The notes beneath the pieces are model-generated. The model ran no database searches, was not told where the DNA came from, and was given only the letters and a program-made list of their open reading frames with translations. From assembly GCA_963813815.1 (NCBI GenBank), contig CAWFAD010000008.1, positions 64,001 to 128,000 of the forward strand: DNA of 64,000 nucleotides, given 5' to 3'. This document shows, piece after piece, positions 36,736 to 46,619 of this stretch. Position 1 is the stretch's first letter. Each line of letters opens with the position of its first letter. This stretch comes from an uncultured bacterium (GTDB lineage: Bacteria; Krumholzibacteriota; Krumholzibacteriia; Krumholzibacteriales; Krumholzibacteriaceae). The position numbers and the translations under genes were made by a program.

Positions 36736-38148
36736 ATGAAATCTGCTATCGCTTCGGTCGTCGCGGGCCTCGCCGTTCTCGCGGCCGTCTCAACGGGACC
36801 GGCCTCGGCAGCGACGTACTTCGGACTCTACGCCGACGAGAACCGCTCGATCACGACCGTGAGCGGAACGCCCTATTACAGCGCCGAGATCTGGATCTGG
36901 GCGCTGCCGGACGAAGACGGGATGATGGCCGCCGAGTTCGGCATGGCATATCCGTCGAACGTCATACCATCGACCATCACCTGGAACAGCGCGATCTCCA
37001 TGAAGCTCGGGAGCCTTCCGGGAGGGATCAGCGTCGCCTTCAGCGCCTGTCAGGAAGGATGGACGTGGATCGCGCACCAGACGATCTGGGTGATGAACGA
37101 GGAGTACAGCGAGGTGAAACTCGTGCCGCCTTCGGGGGCAACCGCCATACAGATCGCGACATGCGGAATGGGGTACCCGATCGAGCCCGCGAGCGTGCTC
37201 TCCGGCACCATCAGCCTCAACTGCGAGTCCCTCCTCGAATCCCTCGAGCCCAAGCTCACCTCGGTCGAAGCGGTCGCTCCGAACGTCGTCCTCGCCACGT
37301 TCAGCGAATGGCTGGCCTCCGAGGCGTACTGGTTTCCGGAGCCGCACCACTTCCGCGTCATGAGCCTGACGAGCCCTCCGGAGACGCTCGCCGTTCTCGA
37401 GGCGTGGTTCAACGATGGCTATAACTACACCATCAGGCTCGTGCTGGGGGAGAATCTCGTCCCGAACACGAGCTACGTCCTCGAGGCGTACGAGATATGC
37501 CACAACATCTACTCGCTCTGCTGCGTTTGCTACTGCCTCGCCTGCGCCGACTCCGAGATGGAGTTCACCTCGGCGCCCATCGCGACGCTTCTCGCCGGAT
37601 CCTCCGTCGAGCTCGTCTCCGGGGGAATCCAGGTGAGCTGGAGCCTCGGCGCTCCGGCCGACGGGATTTCATTCCTCCCGGCGCGGCGCGAGAGCGGAGA
37701 CTCGGCGTTCGAGCCGCTCGCTGCCGACGTCATCGAGGACGGAACGCTCTCGTACCGCTTCGTCGACGCGAACGTTCGGCCGGGAACCACGGTCAAGTAC
37801 GCGATCGACTGCGTGATCGACGGCGAGCGGAGCGCGCTCTTCGAGACCGAATGGGTCGAGACGCCCGCGGCGAGGTTCGCTCTTCATCAGAACCTCCCGA
37901 ACCCGTTCAATCCGTCGACGCGCGTCGCCTTCGAGCTCGGGGAGCCCTGCCGGACGACGCTCTTTGTGTACGACGTCTCGGGAAAGCTCGTGCGGACGCT
38001 CATTGACGAGACGCTCCCCGCCGGCGCGCACGACGTCGAGTGGGACGGACGGGACGGCGCCGGGCGGCGGTGCGCGAGCGGCATCTACTTCTACCGGCTC
38101 CGGGCCGGATCCTTCGCGGAGACGAAAAAGATGGTGCTCCTGCGGTAG
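36736..38148 (+). CDS. Secreted protein with C-terminal FlgD-Ig/T9SS-like sorting domain
   Basis: Signal peptide; LHQNLPNPFNPST...WDGRD...SGIYFYRL...KKMVLLR; extended -10 TGATACAAT at 36696. Confidence 0.85.
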   Translation: MKSAIASVVAGLAVLAAVSTGPASAATYFGLYADENRSITTVSGTPYYSAEIWIWALPDEDGMMAAEFGMAYPSNVIPSTITWNSAISMKLGSLPGGISVAFSACQEGWTWIAHQTIWVMNEEYSEVKLVPPSGATAIQIATCGMGYPIEPASVLSGTISLNCESLLESLEPKLTSVEAVAPNVVLATFSEWLASEAYWFPEPHHFRVMSLTSPPETLAVLEAWFNDGYNYTIRLVLGENLVPNTSYVLEAYEICHNIYSLCCVCYCLACADSEMEFTSAPIATLLAGSSVELVSGGIQVSWSLGAPADGISFLPARRESGDSAFEPLAADVIEDGTLSYRFVDANVRPGTTVKYAIDCVIDGERSALFETEWVETPAARFALHQNLPNPFNPSTRVAFELGEPCRTTLFVYDVSGKLVRTLIDETLPAGAHDVEWDGRDGAGRRCASGIYFYRLRAGSFAETKKMVLLR

Positions 38149-38179
38149 GCGCCTCCCGCCGCGACGGCCGAAAAACGGC

Positions 38180-38210
38180 GAGGGGCGGACATCGCGTCCG
38201 CCCCTCTTTT
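38180..38210 (+). terminator. Rho-independent terminator
   Basis: GAGGGGCGGAC/GTCCGCCCCTC plus TTTT. Confidence 0.8.
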
Positions 38211-38236
38211 CTATCCGGCCCGGCCGCCCTTCGCGG

Positions 38237-39625
38237 CTATTCGATCGTGTCGATGTTCACGACCTCGATCGCGCCGAGCCCCTCAAGCTGCTCTTTCGTC
38301 TCGCCGTACTTCGTCATGAGGAACAAGAAGTTGCCGTCGAGCCAGTAGCGTTCCCGGGCCACCTTCAGGCAATCGTCCGCCGTCACGGCGTCGACCTTCG
38401 CGGAGTACTCCTCGACGTACGTGAGCGGTATGCCGTAATAGGTGAGCTCGACGAGCCAGTTCGCGAGATCGCGGTTCGTCTCGAGATCGAAGGGGAAAAG
38501 CCCCGTGACGTACTTCTTCGCGCTCGCGAGCTCCGCGTCGGTGAGCTTTTCGGTCCGCATCCGGCGCACCTGCTCGAGCGCGACGTCGACGCATTCGCGG
38601 AGCGACGCGTTCTTCGTGTACGTATAGACGCCGAAGAGGCCGCCGTGCTTGAGGTTCATGTTGACGCTCCGCGCCCCGTAGGAAAGCCCGCGGTTCACGC
38701 GGATCTCGTCCATGAGCCTCGACGTGAAGCCGCCACCGAGCACCGTGTTCGACACGACGAGCGGAAACTCCTCGCTCGTGCCTCGCGGAACGGTGACGTT
38801 TCCGAATCTGATCTGCGACTGCGTCGCGTCCGCCTTGTCGACGACGAGCACGCGGCGGCCGGCGCTCTCCCTCGGCTCGAGAGCCGGGATCGCCGATGCC
38901 TCGGCCTCTCCCTTCCAGCCGCCGAATCGCGCCTTGACGAGATCGAGAGCCTTCTTCGCGTCGACGTCTCCGACGACGGCGAGCACCGCGCCGCGCGGCA
39001 CGTAGTTCGCCCGGTAGAAGGCGAGCACCCCGTCGCGCGTTATCGCGCCCACGCTCTCCTCGCTCCCCTCGACCGGGTGCGCGTAGGGATGATCCCCGGC
39101 GAGCGAGCGCACGAACTCGCGCGTGGCGAGCGCCATGGGATTGTCTTTCGTGCCGGCTATCTCGGCCGCGATGAGACCCTTTTCGCGCGCGAGCTCTTCC
39201 TCGGGGAAGGCCGGGTCGAGCGTGATCTTGGCGAGCATGTCGACGGCGAGCGCGAGATCCTTGGCCATGAAGTTCGCGTACGCGCCCGAGTAATCGCGGC
39301 CCGTGAGACAGCGTATCGAGCCGCCGGCCGCCTCGATCATTTCGGCGATCTCGTCGGCGGTCAGGCCGCCCGCGCCCTTCATGAGGAGCCGGCCCGTCAG
39401 ATTGGCGACACCCTCGCCCCCCGCCCCGTCCATCGCGGACCCCGCCGGAACGAGGACGGCGACGGTGACGAGCGGCACCTCGCGCGTCTCCATGACGAAC
39501 ACCTTGAGGCCGTTCGCGAGCGTGCGTTCCGCGCGCGGCGGGAGCGTTACGGCGCCCGTGCCGGCGAGAGCGGCGGCGTGCATCGCGAAGGCGGCCGCGA
39601 GCGCGGCCAGAATGAGCTTCTTCAT
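38237..39625 (-). CDS. M16 family peptidase, non-catalytic subunit
   Basis: LANGL, VLGGGFTSRL..EIRV.RGLSYG; HxxEH replaced by NLTGR. Confidence 0.9.
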   Translation of the reverse strand: MKKLILAALAAAFAMHAAALAGTGAVTLPPRAERTLANGLKVFVMETREVPLVTVAVLVPAGSAMDGAGGEGVANLTGRLLMKGAGGLTADEIAEMIEAAGGSIRCLTGRDYSGAYANFMAKDLALAVDMLAKITLDPAFPEEELAREKGLIAAEIAGTKDNPMALATREFVRSLAGDHPYAHPVEGSEESVGAITRDGVLAFYRANYVPRGAVLAVVGDVDAKKALDLVKARFGGWKGEAEASAIPALEPRESAGRRVLVVDKADATQSQIRFGNVTVPRGTSEEFPLVVSNTVLGGGFTSRLMDEIRVNRGLSYGARSVNMNLKHGGLFGVYTYTKNASLRECVDVALEQVRRMRTEKLTDAELASAKKYVTGLFPFDLETNRDLANWLVELTYYGIPLTYVEEYSAKVDAVTADDCLKVARERYWLDGNFLFLMTKYGETKEQLEGLGAIEVVNIDTIE

Positions 39626-39641
39626 AGATTCTTCCCTTCCC

Positions 39642-41018
39642 TTACGCTTCCGGAATGAGCGTCATGACGCTGCGGTTCGCCGGCTTGAAATACTGCCCCG
39701 CGACGCGCTTCACGTCCTCGATGGTGACCGCCTGATAGCGATCCTGAACTTTGTAGATCTCGTTGAAATCGCCGAAGAGGAGCTCGTAGCGGCCGATCTT
39801 GCCGGCCTTGCCGTTCACCGTCTGGATGCTGTTGTAGAACTGGGCGAGAACGCCGTTCTTCGCCTTTTCGAGCTCCTTCGCCGCGATGCCGTTCGCCGCT
39901 ATGGCCTCGAGCTCCGCGTAGAACGCCTTTTCGCCGTCGGCCGGATTCATCCCGGGCCTCATCTTGATGTCGACGGTGAAGAGCCCCGGATTGATCTTCC
40001 ATTCGGCCCCGCACTGGGCGTAGACGGCGACGCCGAGATCGCGCACGAGCTTCTTGTAGAGTCGCGAGCTCTCTCCGTCGCTCAGCACGATCTGAAGAAT
40101 GTCGAGCGCATAGATGTCGGAGGATCGCACGTCCGGAATGTGGTATCCCATGAGCACGCCGGGCATCTCGGCGCTCTTGCGCAGCTCGCCCCGGCGCTCC
40201 CCCGACTGCTCCGGCTCCACCGTCCGCACCGCGGGAACCGGGGGCTGCGCGGGAATGTCGTCGTAGTACCGGTGCACGAGCGCGAGCGCCTGCTTCGTGT
40301 CGAAATCGCCCACGATCACGAGCACGGCGTTGTTCGGAGCGTAGTAGCTCTTCCAGTAGCCCACCGCGTCGTCCCTCGTGATGCTCTCGAGATCGGACAT
40401 CCATCCGATGACGCCCCAGCCGTACGGGTGCGCCTTGTACGCGAGCGCGGCGAGCTCCTCGACCATCATGCCGTCGACCGAGTTATCGACGCCGAGGCGC
40501 CGCTCCTCGCGGATGACGCCGAGCTCGGTCTCGACGATCTCCGGCTTGAGCGCGAGCGACCTCATGCGATCGCTGTCGAGATCGAGGCAGAGCTCGAGAT
40601 TGTTGCTCGCGAAATCCTCGAAGTACGCCGTCATGTCCTCGGAGGTGTACGCGTTCGAGTATCCTCCGTTCGACTCGAGGATGCGGTCGAACTCCTTGGG
40701 ACCGTACTTTTCGGCGCCGTTGAACATCATATGCTCGATGAAATGCGAGATGCCGGTGATGCCGGGGCGCTCGTTCCGCGCGCCGACGCGATAGAAGGTC
40801 CAGCGGCTCGTGATCGGCACCGAGTGGTCCTCGACGAGAATCACCTTCATGCCGTTCCGCAGGGTTTCCACCGTCGCCGGAAACCTCGCGAGCTCGGCCC
40901 CTGCGGCGCCCTTTTTGGCGGCCGCGGCCGGCGGGACCGAGGCGAGCGCGGCGACCACGAAGAGCGCCGCGAGCGGCGCCGCGAGTCGGCGCGCGAAACG
41001 ATCGAGTGCGGGGGTCAT
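39642..41018 (-). CDS. M16 family zinc peptidase, catalytic subunit
   Basis: GISHFIEHMMF (HxxEH), NAYTS.D.T.Y, EERR, HPY, YAPNNA. Confidence 0.93.
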   Translation of the reverse strand: MTPALDRFARRLAAPLAALFVVAALASVPPAAAAKKGAAGAELARFPATVETLRNGMKVILVEDHSVPITSRWTFYRVGARNERPGITGISHFIEHMMFNGAEKYGPKEFDRILESNGGYSNAYTSEDMTAYFEDFASNNLELCLDLDSDRMRSLALKPEIVETELGVIREERRLGVDNSVDGMMVEELAALAYKAHPYGWGVIGWMSDLESITRDDAVGYWKSYYAPNNAVLVIVGDFDTKQALALVHRYYDDIPAQPPVPAVRTVEPEQSGERRGELRKSAEMPGVLMGYHIPDVRSSDIYALDILQIVLSDGESSRLYKKLVRDLGVAVYAQCGAEWKINPGLFTVDIKMRPGMNPADGEKAFYAELEAIAANGIAAKELEKAKNGVLAQFYNSIQTVNGKAGKIGRYELLFGDFNEIYKVQDRYQAVTIEDVKRVAGQYFKPANRSVMTLIPEA

Positions 41019-41158
41019 CGACAACCTCCTTTTCGAAGAGAGAAACCGAATCGATTCGATCTTGCCCGGGCGAAAAATACGCGGGCAGGCGCCGCGGCCT
41101 TTCGCCCGCGCGCCTCGATGCCGTTCCGGGGGGGCAACCACGTCCGCATCGCGACGCC

Positions 41159-42440
41159 TCAGGCCGCCTTTCGCCTGACCCGCTTCCTGGTCTTTTTACG
41201 AGAATAATTCCGCACGAGTTCCATGAAAATTCCGAGGTCGTTCTCGAGATCGACCTGCGTTCCGTCGAAATAGAAGGTCCGGATGGGAATATGCTCGCAT
41301 TCGCGGCTCACGCGCGGGTAGATCGACTCGCACACGATGCCGTTCATGCAGGTGAAGGGGCTGATATCGACGATGCCGTCGGCCCCCTTTTCGTAGAGGT
41401 AGATCGCCTTGCCGACGCTGAGAACCATCTCGCCGAGGGCGCCGCGGTACGGAAGGTAGGGCCGGCTGCGTTCGAGAACCTCCCTGATGTCGTGCGGCTC
41501 CTCGAGCCCGGCGAACTCCCCGCGGAGCGGCGCGAGCAGCCGGCGCTCGTGATCGCGCTGGACGCGCATCTTGAGCCGCACCCTGAGCATGTCGAGCGAC
41601 AGCGCCGCGCCCGAGCATCTGGAGATTCTTCACGTGCTCCCGGTCGGTGTACCAGACCCACTCGGTGATGTCCGAAAGCCACGCCTGCACGCCGAAGTCC
41701 TCGAGACGGCGGATGAGATCCTCGTTGCTGAAGGTCGAGAGCCGGCAGAAGATCTCGCCGACGACGCCGACGAGCATCGTCTCCTGTCCGAAATCGACCG
41801 GCACCGCGCGAAAGAGGTCGCGCCCGGCGGCGAGCGCGCCGGCGAGCTGCGCGATCTTCCTCGGACCCACGGGCACCGTCGAATCGGCCAGCGCGTCGCA
41901 GAAGATCGAGAGGGCCCGGTCGCAGGCGCGGTCGGCGGCCCCGCGCTCCGTCTCGTACGGGCGGTAGATGTGGAGCATCTTGCGGAGCGCGTCGCTCCCG
42001 ATGAGCCCCCACCAGCCGAGCCGCATGAGCGGCCCCGCGTATTCGCCGAGCCCCGCGTAGCCGTCGGCGCTCGAGGGCTCCACGACGAGCACGTCGTCGT
42101 ACCCGGCCTCGTGCATGATCTGTCTCAGGAACGGGGCGTACTGTCCGAACCGGCACGGCCCCCCCGCCGTCGGCATGAAGAAGGCGACCTTCGCCGGGTC
42201 GAAGCCCGGCTGTTCCGTGACCTTGAGAAAATCGCCGACCGTCACGCGCTCGGGAAGACACTCGTCCCCCGACGTGAAACGTCCCGCGAGCTCGTACGTC
42301 CTCGCGTCGCCGGCCGGAGACGGATGCGCGTCTATTCCGAGATAACGGAATGCGGCCGCGAAGGCGCGGCTTCCCTCGTCCGACATTCGCGGGATGTAGA
42401 GGGTGCGCCCGCGGAGCCCTCCCCGCCCTTTTTCCACCAC
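41159..42440 (-). CDS. Partner of CoA-substrate-specific enzyme activase (2-hydroxyacyl-CoA dehydratase-like/DUF2229-related), one extra base near 41611
   Basis: TLYIPRM, SGDECLP, GGPCRFGQY, GVVGEIFCR, GEMVLSVG, PFTCMNG; SD AAGGAG then GTG 42440. Confidence 0.8.
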
Positions 42441-45400
42441 CTGAGCACTCCTTTGCTGTCGAGATACGCCTCGCAGCGCGTCATCATGCCGGCGTCGTTG
42501 CTGTGCCCGTCGAACTGCAGCGTGAGGTAGGGACGGCCGGCCGCGCGGACCGCGTAGTGCTTGACGTAGGAATCGGGCCCGCACTTGAAATTCGTGATGT
42601 AAATGATGTGCAGGTTGTCCTTCTGCGCCGCGAGCCTGCATGCCTGAAGGATCTTGCGGCCGAAGTTCCAGAACATGTTGTCGTTGATGTCGCGAATGCC
42701 GATTCCATCGATCGGCAGAAAGAAAATCGGGATCACGCTCATGCCGTAGTAGTCGCGGAGCTTCCCCGGCACGTCGAGGTTCGTTTCCTTGTCCATCACG
42801 TTGTAGGGGCGCCCGACGAGGATGATCCCCGCCTCTCCCATGCGGTCGAGCGTGTCGAGGGCGCTTCTCCCGGCCTTCTCGCACTCCTCGCGGAAAAGCC
42901 GCTGCGCCTCGTAGGCGGCCCGGACGGCGAGACGATGGCGACGGCGGCCGACGCCGAGGCGCCTCGCGGCCTCCCACAGCTCGCGCTCGACGAACTGCGC
43001 GCCCTGGCGGAAATGCACGATCGGATCGAGCAGCTCCGTTCCCCCGTCCTCGAACATCGGCGTCTGCCGGAGGACGAAGGGCAGTGTCTGCCCCCACGGA
43101 CACAGGTACGATTTTACCTCGGGGCAATCCGTCTCGGCGTCGATGACGTTCGGCGCGAGGATGAAATCGACCTCCTGATCGAGGAGCGCGGCCAGATGTC
43201 CGTGGGCGATCTGGATCGGGAAGCACGGCTCCGCCACCGCCGCCTCGATTCCCCGGTGGGCGATCTTCTTGTTCGTGCGGGGGCTCAGCACGACGTCCAT
43301 GCCGAGCGCGCGGATATAGGTTCCCCAGAAGGGATGCCGGTCGTAGAAATACATCGACCGGGCGACCCCGATGCGCGGCCTGCGAGGCCCGGGGGCGCCG
43401 CCGTCCGCGCCCCCCTTCCGCCTCTTCCCGCCCCGGGGAGGGGCGAGATCGATCCGCGTTCCGAGCGAGCGCTCGACGAGCGGGATCCAATCGCGCTCGA
43501 CGAGCTCCTGATAGAGCTTCATGAGATCGGGTATCGCGGGCGTGCGCTCGACCTTCGCGCGCTTACGGTAGCGGTCGCTGCACTTGTCGCCCCAGAAGGT
43601 CTTGTTCCCCTCGACATTGAACTCCTGAATGTCGCAGTAGTTCGTGCAGCCCTGGCAGGTGAACTCGCGGAGCCGGTAGTCGATCGCGGTGAGGTCGTAG
43701 CCGCGGAACGCCGTTTCGATTCCGAGGGATTGGACCTTCTCGCGCACGAGCAGGGCGGCGCCGATCGCGCCGATGACGCCGTTATAGGGCGGCACGATGA
43801 TCTCCTGCCCGAGGACCTCGGCGAAGGCGGCGGCCACGGCGTCGTTGTAGGCGGTGCCGCCCTGGAAAAAGATGACGGATCCGATCCGGCGGCCCCGGAC
43901 GACCCGGTTCAGGTAGTTCTGGACGACCGAGTAGGCGAGCCCCGCGATGATGTCGCGCTTCGCGGCGCCCTTCTGCAGGTACGCCGACACGTCCTGCTCC
44001 ATGTACACGGTGCATCGCTCGCCGAGACGGAGCGGCCGCTCGCTCGAGAACGCGAGCTCGGCGAACTGGTTCACGATGCTCACGTCGAGCTTCTCGGCCT
44101 GCTCCTCGAGAAAGGATCCCGTGCCCGCGGCGCATGCCTCGTTCATCGTGAAGTCGACGACGATGCCGGAGTCGATGCTGATGTATTTCGCGTCCTGGCC
44201 GCCGATCTCGAAGATCGTGTCGACCTTTTTCCCGATCATATGCTCGGCGATGAAGGAAGCGCCCGTCTTGTGCGCCGTGATCTCGTCGACGATCACGTCG
44301 GCGCCGACGAGCTCGCCGATGAGCTCGCGCCCCGAGCCCGTCGTGCCGACTCCGCGCACGCGCACGCGTTCCCCGAGCTCGCGCTCGATCTCCTGAAGTC
44401 CCTGATGGACGATCTCGATCGGACGGGCCTGCGTGCGGAGGTAGATGTCCTTTATGACGCGCCCGTCCCCGTCGACGAGGGTGAGATTCGTGCTCACCGA
44501 GCCGATGTCGATGCCGAGGTAGGCGTCGACCGGCCGCGCGCGTCTTTCGAAGGAGTAGCTCTCGACCCGGTCGCGGAGAAAACGCACCTTGTCGAGGGAA
44601 AGCGGCCGCCACGAGGGAAACTCGCCCGCGCCCTGCGGAGCCATTCGCGCGAGGCGCTCCCGGAGAACGCCGGCGTCGAACCTCGCCTCTCCCCGCCTGC
44701 GGCGGCCCGCGGAGACGTCGGCCCCCTCCGCGGCGCCCCCGCCTCCGCTCGCAATGAGGGCCGCCCCGATCGCCGAGAGGTGGACGCACTCGGCCGGCAC
44801 GAAGAAGTCCTCCTCCGCGAGCTCGAAGATGCGCCGCAGCGAGCCGTCGACGCCCTTGTTGAGCGCCATGCCGCCGATGAAGGCCGTCTTGCCGCGCACC
44901 GACTTGCCCTTCGCTATGTTGCTCTTGAAGTTGCGGGCGACGGACTCGCAGAGGCCCTTGAGCACCTCCTCTGGCTCGTACCCCTTCTGCTGGGCGTGGA
45001 TCATGTCCGATTTTGCGAAAACACTGCAGCGGCCCGCGATCTTCGGAGTGCGGCCGGCCCAGCCGACGATGTCCCCGACTTCCTCGATCCGGAAACGCAG
45101 CCGGCTCGCCTGCTGGTCCATGAAGGATCCCGTGCCCGCGGCGCAGTCGCCGTTTGTCTGGTAGTCGACGATGCCGCTCGAGCCCCCCTCGGTCGACAGG
45201 CGGATGTACTTGGAGTTCTCGCCCCCCATTTCAAAGATATTTTGCACGTCGGGGTAGAGCGCGGCGGTGCCGGTCGCCGCCGTCTTGAACTCGTTCTCGA
45301 CGGGAATGCCGAGAGCTCCTCCCACGAGCTTCGCGGCCGAGCCGGTGACGACGGCGCCGCCCACGTCCTCGACGCTCACGCGCTCGAAAAGCTCGCCGAG

Positions 45401-45607
45401 GAGCCCCGCCGCGGCCTCGAGCGGGCGCCCCTGAATGCGCCGGTAGGCCGAGAGCGCGACGGCCGTCGTCCGTTCGGCGGGGTGCGGCACGATCGCGCTC
45501 ACGAGACCGGGCGCGTTCGCCCCGATCGCCTCGATCCTGTCGCGCGGGCCGACGATCGCGAGCTTCGCGCTCACCGTCCCGACATCCATTCCGAGAAAGA
45601 GTTTCAT
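42332..45607 (-). CDS. Acyl-CoA dehydratase activase (tandem BadF/HgdC-type ASKHA domains) fused to a DUF2229-like domain
   Basis: GMDVGTVS and GIDIGSVST; two CAAGTGSF motifs; RCSVF and RCTVY; CQGCTNYC; EPCFP; GRPYN; FKCGPD. Confidence 0.9.
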   Translation of the reverse strand: MKLFLGMDVGTVSAKLAIVGPRDRIEAIGANAPGLVSAIVPHPAERTTAVALSAYRRIQGRPLEAAAGLLGELFERVSVEDVGGAVVTGSAAKLVGGALGIPVENEFKTAATGTAALYPDVQNIFEMGGENSKYIRLSTEGGSSGIVDYQTNGDCAAGTGSFMDQQASRLRFRIEEVGDIVGWAGRTPKIAGRCSVFAKSDMIHAQQKGYEPEEVLKGLCESVARNFKSNIAKGKSVRGKTAFIGGMALNKGVDGSLRRIFELAEEDFFVPAECVHLSAIGAALIASGGGGAAEGADVSAGRRRRGEARFDAGVLRERLARMAPQGAGEFPSWRPLSLDKVRFLRDRVESYSFERRARPVDAYLGIDIGSVSTNLTLVDGDGRVIKDIYLRTQARPIEIVHQGLQEIERELGERVRVRGVGTTGSGRELIGELVGADVIVDEITAHKTGASFIAEHMIGKKVDTIFEIGGQDAKYISIDSGIVVDFTMNEACAAGTGSFLEEQAEKLDVSIVNQFAELAFSSERPLRLGERCTVYMEQDVSAYLQKGAAKRDIIAGLAYSVVQNYLNRVVRGRRIGSVIFFQGGTAYNDAVAAAFAEVLGQEIIVPPYNGVIGAIGAALLVREKVQSLGIETAFRGYDLTAIDYRLREFTCQGCTNYCDIQEFNVEGNKTFWGDKCSDRYRKRAKVERTPAIPDLMKLYQELVERDWIPLVERSLGTRIDLAPPRGGKRRKGGADGGAPGPRRPRIGVARSMYFYDRHPFWGTYIRALGMDVVLSPRTNKKIAHRGIEAAVAEPCFPIQIAHGHLAALLDQEVDFILAPNVIDAETDCPEVKSYLCPWGQTLPFVLRQTPMFEDGGTELLDPIVHFRQGAQFVERELWEAARRLGVGRRRHRLAVRAAYEAQRLFREECEKAGRSALDTLDRMGEAGIILVGRPYNVMDKETNLDVPGKLRDYYGMSVIPIFFLPIDGIGIRDINDNMFWNFGRKILQACRLAAQKDNLHIIYITNFKCGPDSYVKHYAVRAAGRPYLTLQFDGHSNDAGMMTRCEAYLDSKGVLRWWKKGGEGSAGAPSTSRECRTREAAPSRPHSVISE

Positions 45608-45799
45608 GGACCCAGCCTCTCCGACGCATTCGTCCGAGCGAGTGCGCAACGGCGACCCGTCGATGCTCGAGCGGCGATATGAGCTTGTGGATTGGCCATG
45701 AATTGTACGTGCGCCGGCGCCGGAAACAAGATTTAGACAGGATTCGGTCGAAAATCGGGGGCGATCGGCCGCCGCGAGGACCTCACCGGCGCGCGGGAA

Positions 45800-46567
45800 T
45801 CACCACTTGAGCACCTTGCGGAGCTCGCGGGCCTGCGCGCGGCTCAGCGGAATCTCGGGACCGCTCTTTCCGCCCATCCTGAGGCGGAAGCTCCCGCTGA
45901 ACCACGGCGTGATTTCGTGGATGCGTTTGATGTTGGCGAGATACGACTTGTGCACCCGCATGAACTGCCTCGATCCGAGCTCCCGCTCGAGCTCCTCGAG
46001 CGAGCGAAAGCTCGCGATCCCCTCGGCGAGTTGGGCCACGACTCGCACGCTTCCCGATTCGATCGTGGCGTAGAGCACGTCCGCGGCGTCGACCATGACG
46101 AGCGACTCCCCCTGGCGGACGGCGAGTCGCTTCGCGCCCGCCCCGACGGCGTCGAGAAGCGCCTCGAGATCGGGACCGGGCTCGCCGCCCCGGCGGATGC
46201 GCCGGACCCGCTCGATCGCCTGAGCGAGTCGCCGCTCCTCGACGGGCTTCAGAACGTAATCGACGGCGTGGACCTCGAACGCCCTGATGGCGTACTCGTC
46301 GTACGCGGTGACGAAGATGATCGCCGGCATCATTTCCGCGCCGGAGATCTTCCCGACCACCTGAAAGCCGTCGAGGCCCGGCATCTGGATGTCGAGGAGC
46401 AGGGCGTCCGGCTCGAGCTTGCGGACGAGCCTCACCGCCTCGGGGCCGTCGGAGGCCTCCCCGGCGATCTCGACTCCCTCGAGCTTGCCGAGCAAGCGGC
46501 GCAGATCGCGCCGGGCATGGCTCTCGTCGTCGACGACGAGAACGCGCAGCTTCTCGCTCTTGGTCAC
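45800..46567 (-). CDS. LytTR family response regulator
   Basis: LDIQMPG, FVTAYDEYA..AF...AVDYVLKP, FMRVHKSY..N. Confidence 0.94.
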   Translation of the reverse strand: MTKSEKLRVLVVDDESHARRDLRRLLGKLEGVEIAGEASDGPEAVRLVRKLEPDALLLDIQMPGLDGFQVVGKISGAEMMPAIIFVTAYDEYAIRAFEVHAVDYVLKPVEERRLAQAIERVRRIRRGGEPGPDLEALLDAVGAGAKRLAVRQGESLVMVDAADVLYATIESGSVRVVAQLAEGIASFRSLEELERELGSRQFMRVHKSYLANIKRIHEITPWFSGSFRLRMGGKSGPEIPLSRAQARELRKVLKW

Positions 46568-46619
46568 GCCGCGCCCCCTTCCGGCGGGAACGCCGTCCCG
46601 CGGGCTCTTGCGAACGCCA

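Noticed and set aside
38237..39625. M16 peptidase lacking HxxEH as a pseudogene
   Set aside because: It is the normal non-catalytic partner of a heterodimeric M16B pair.
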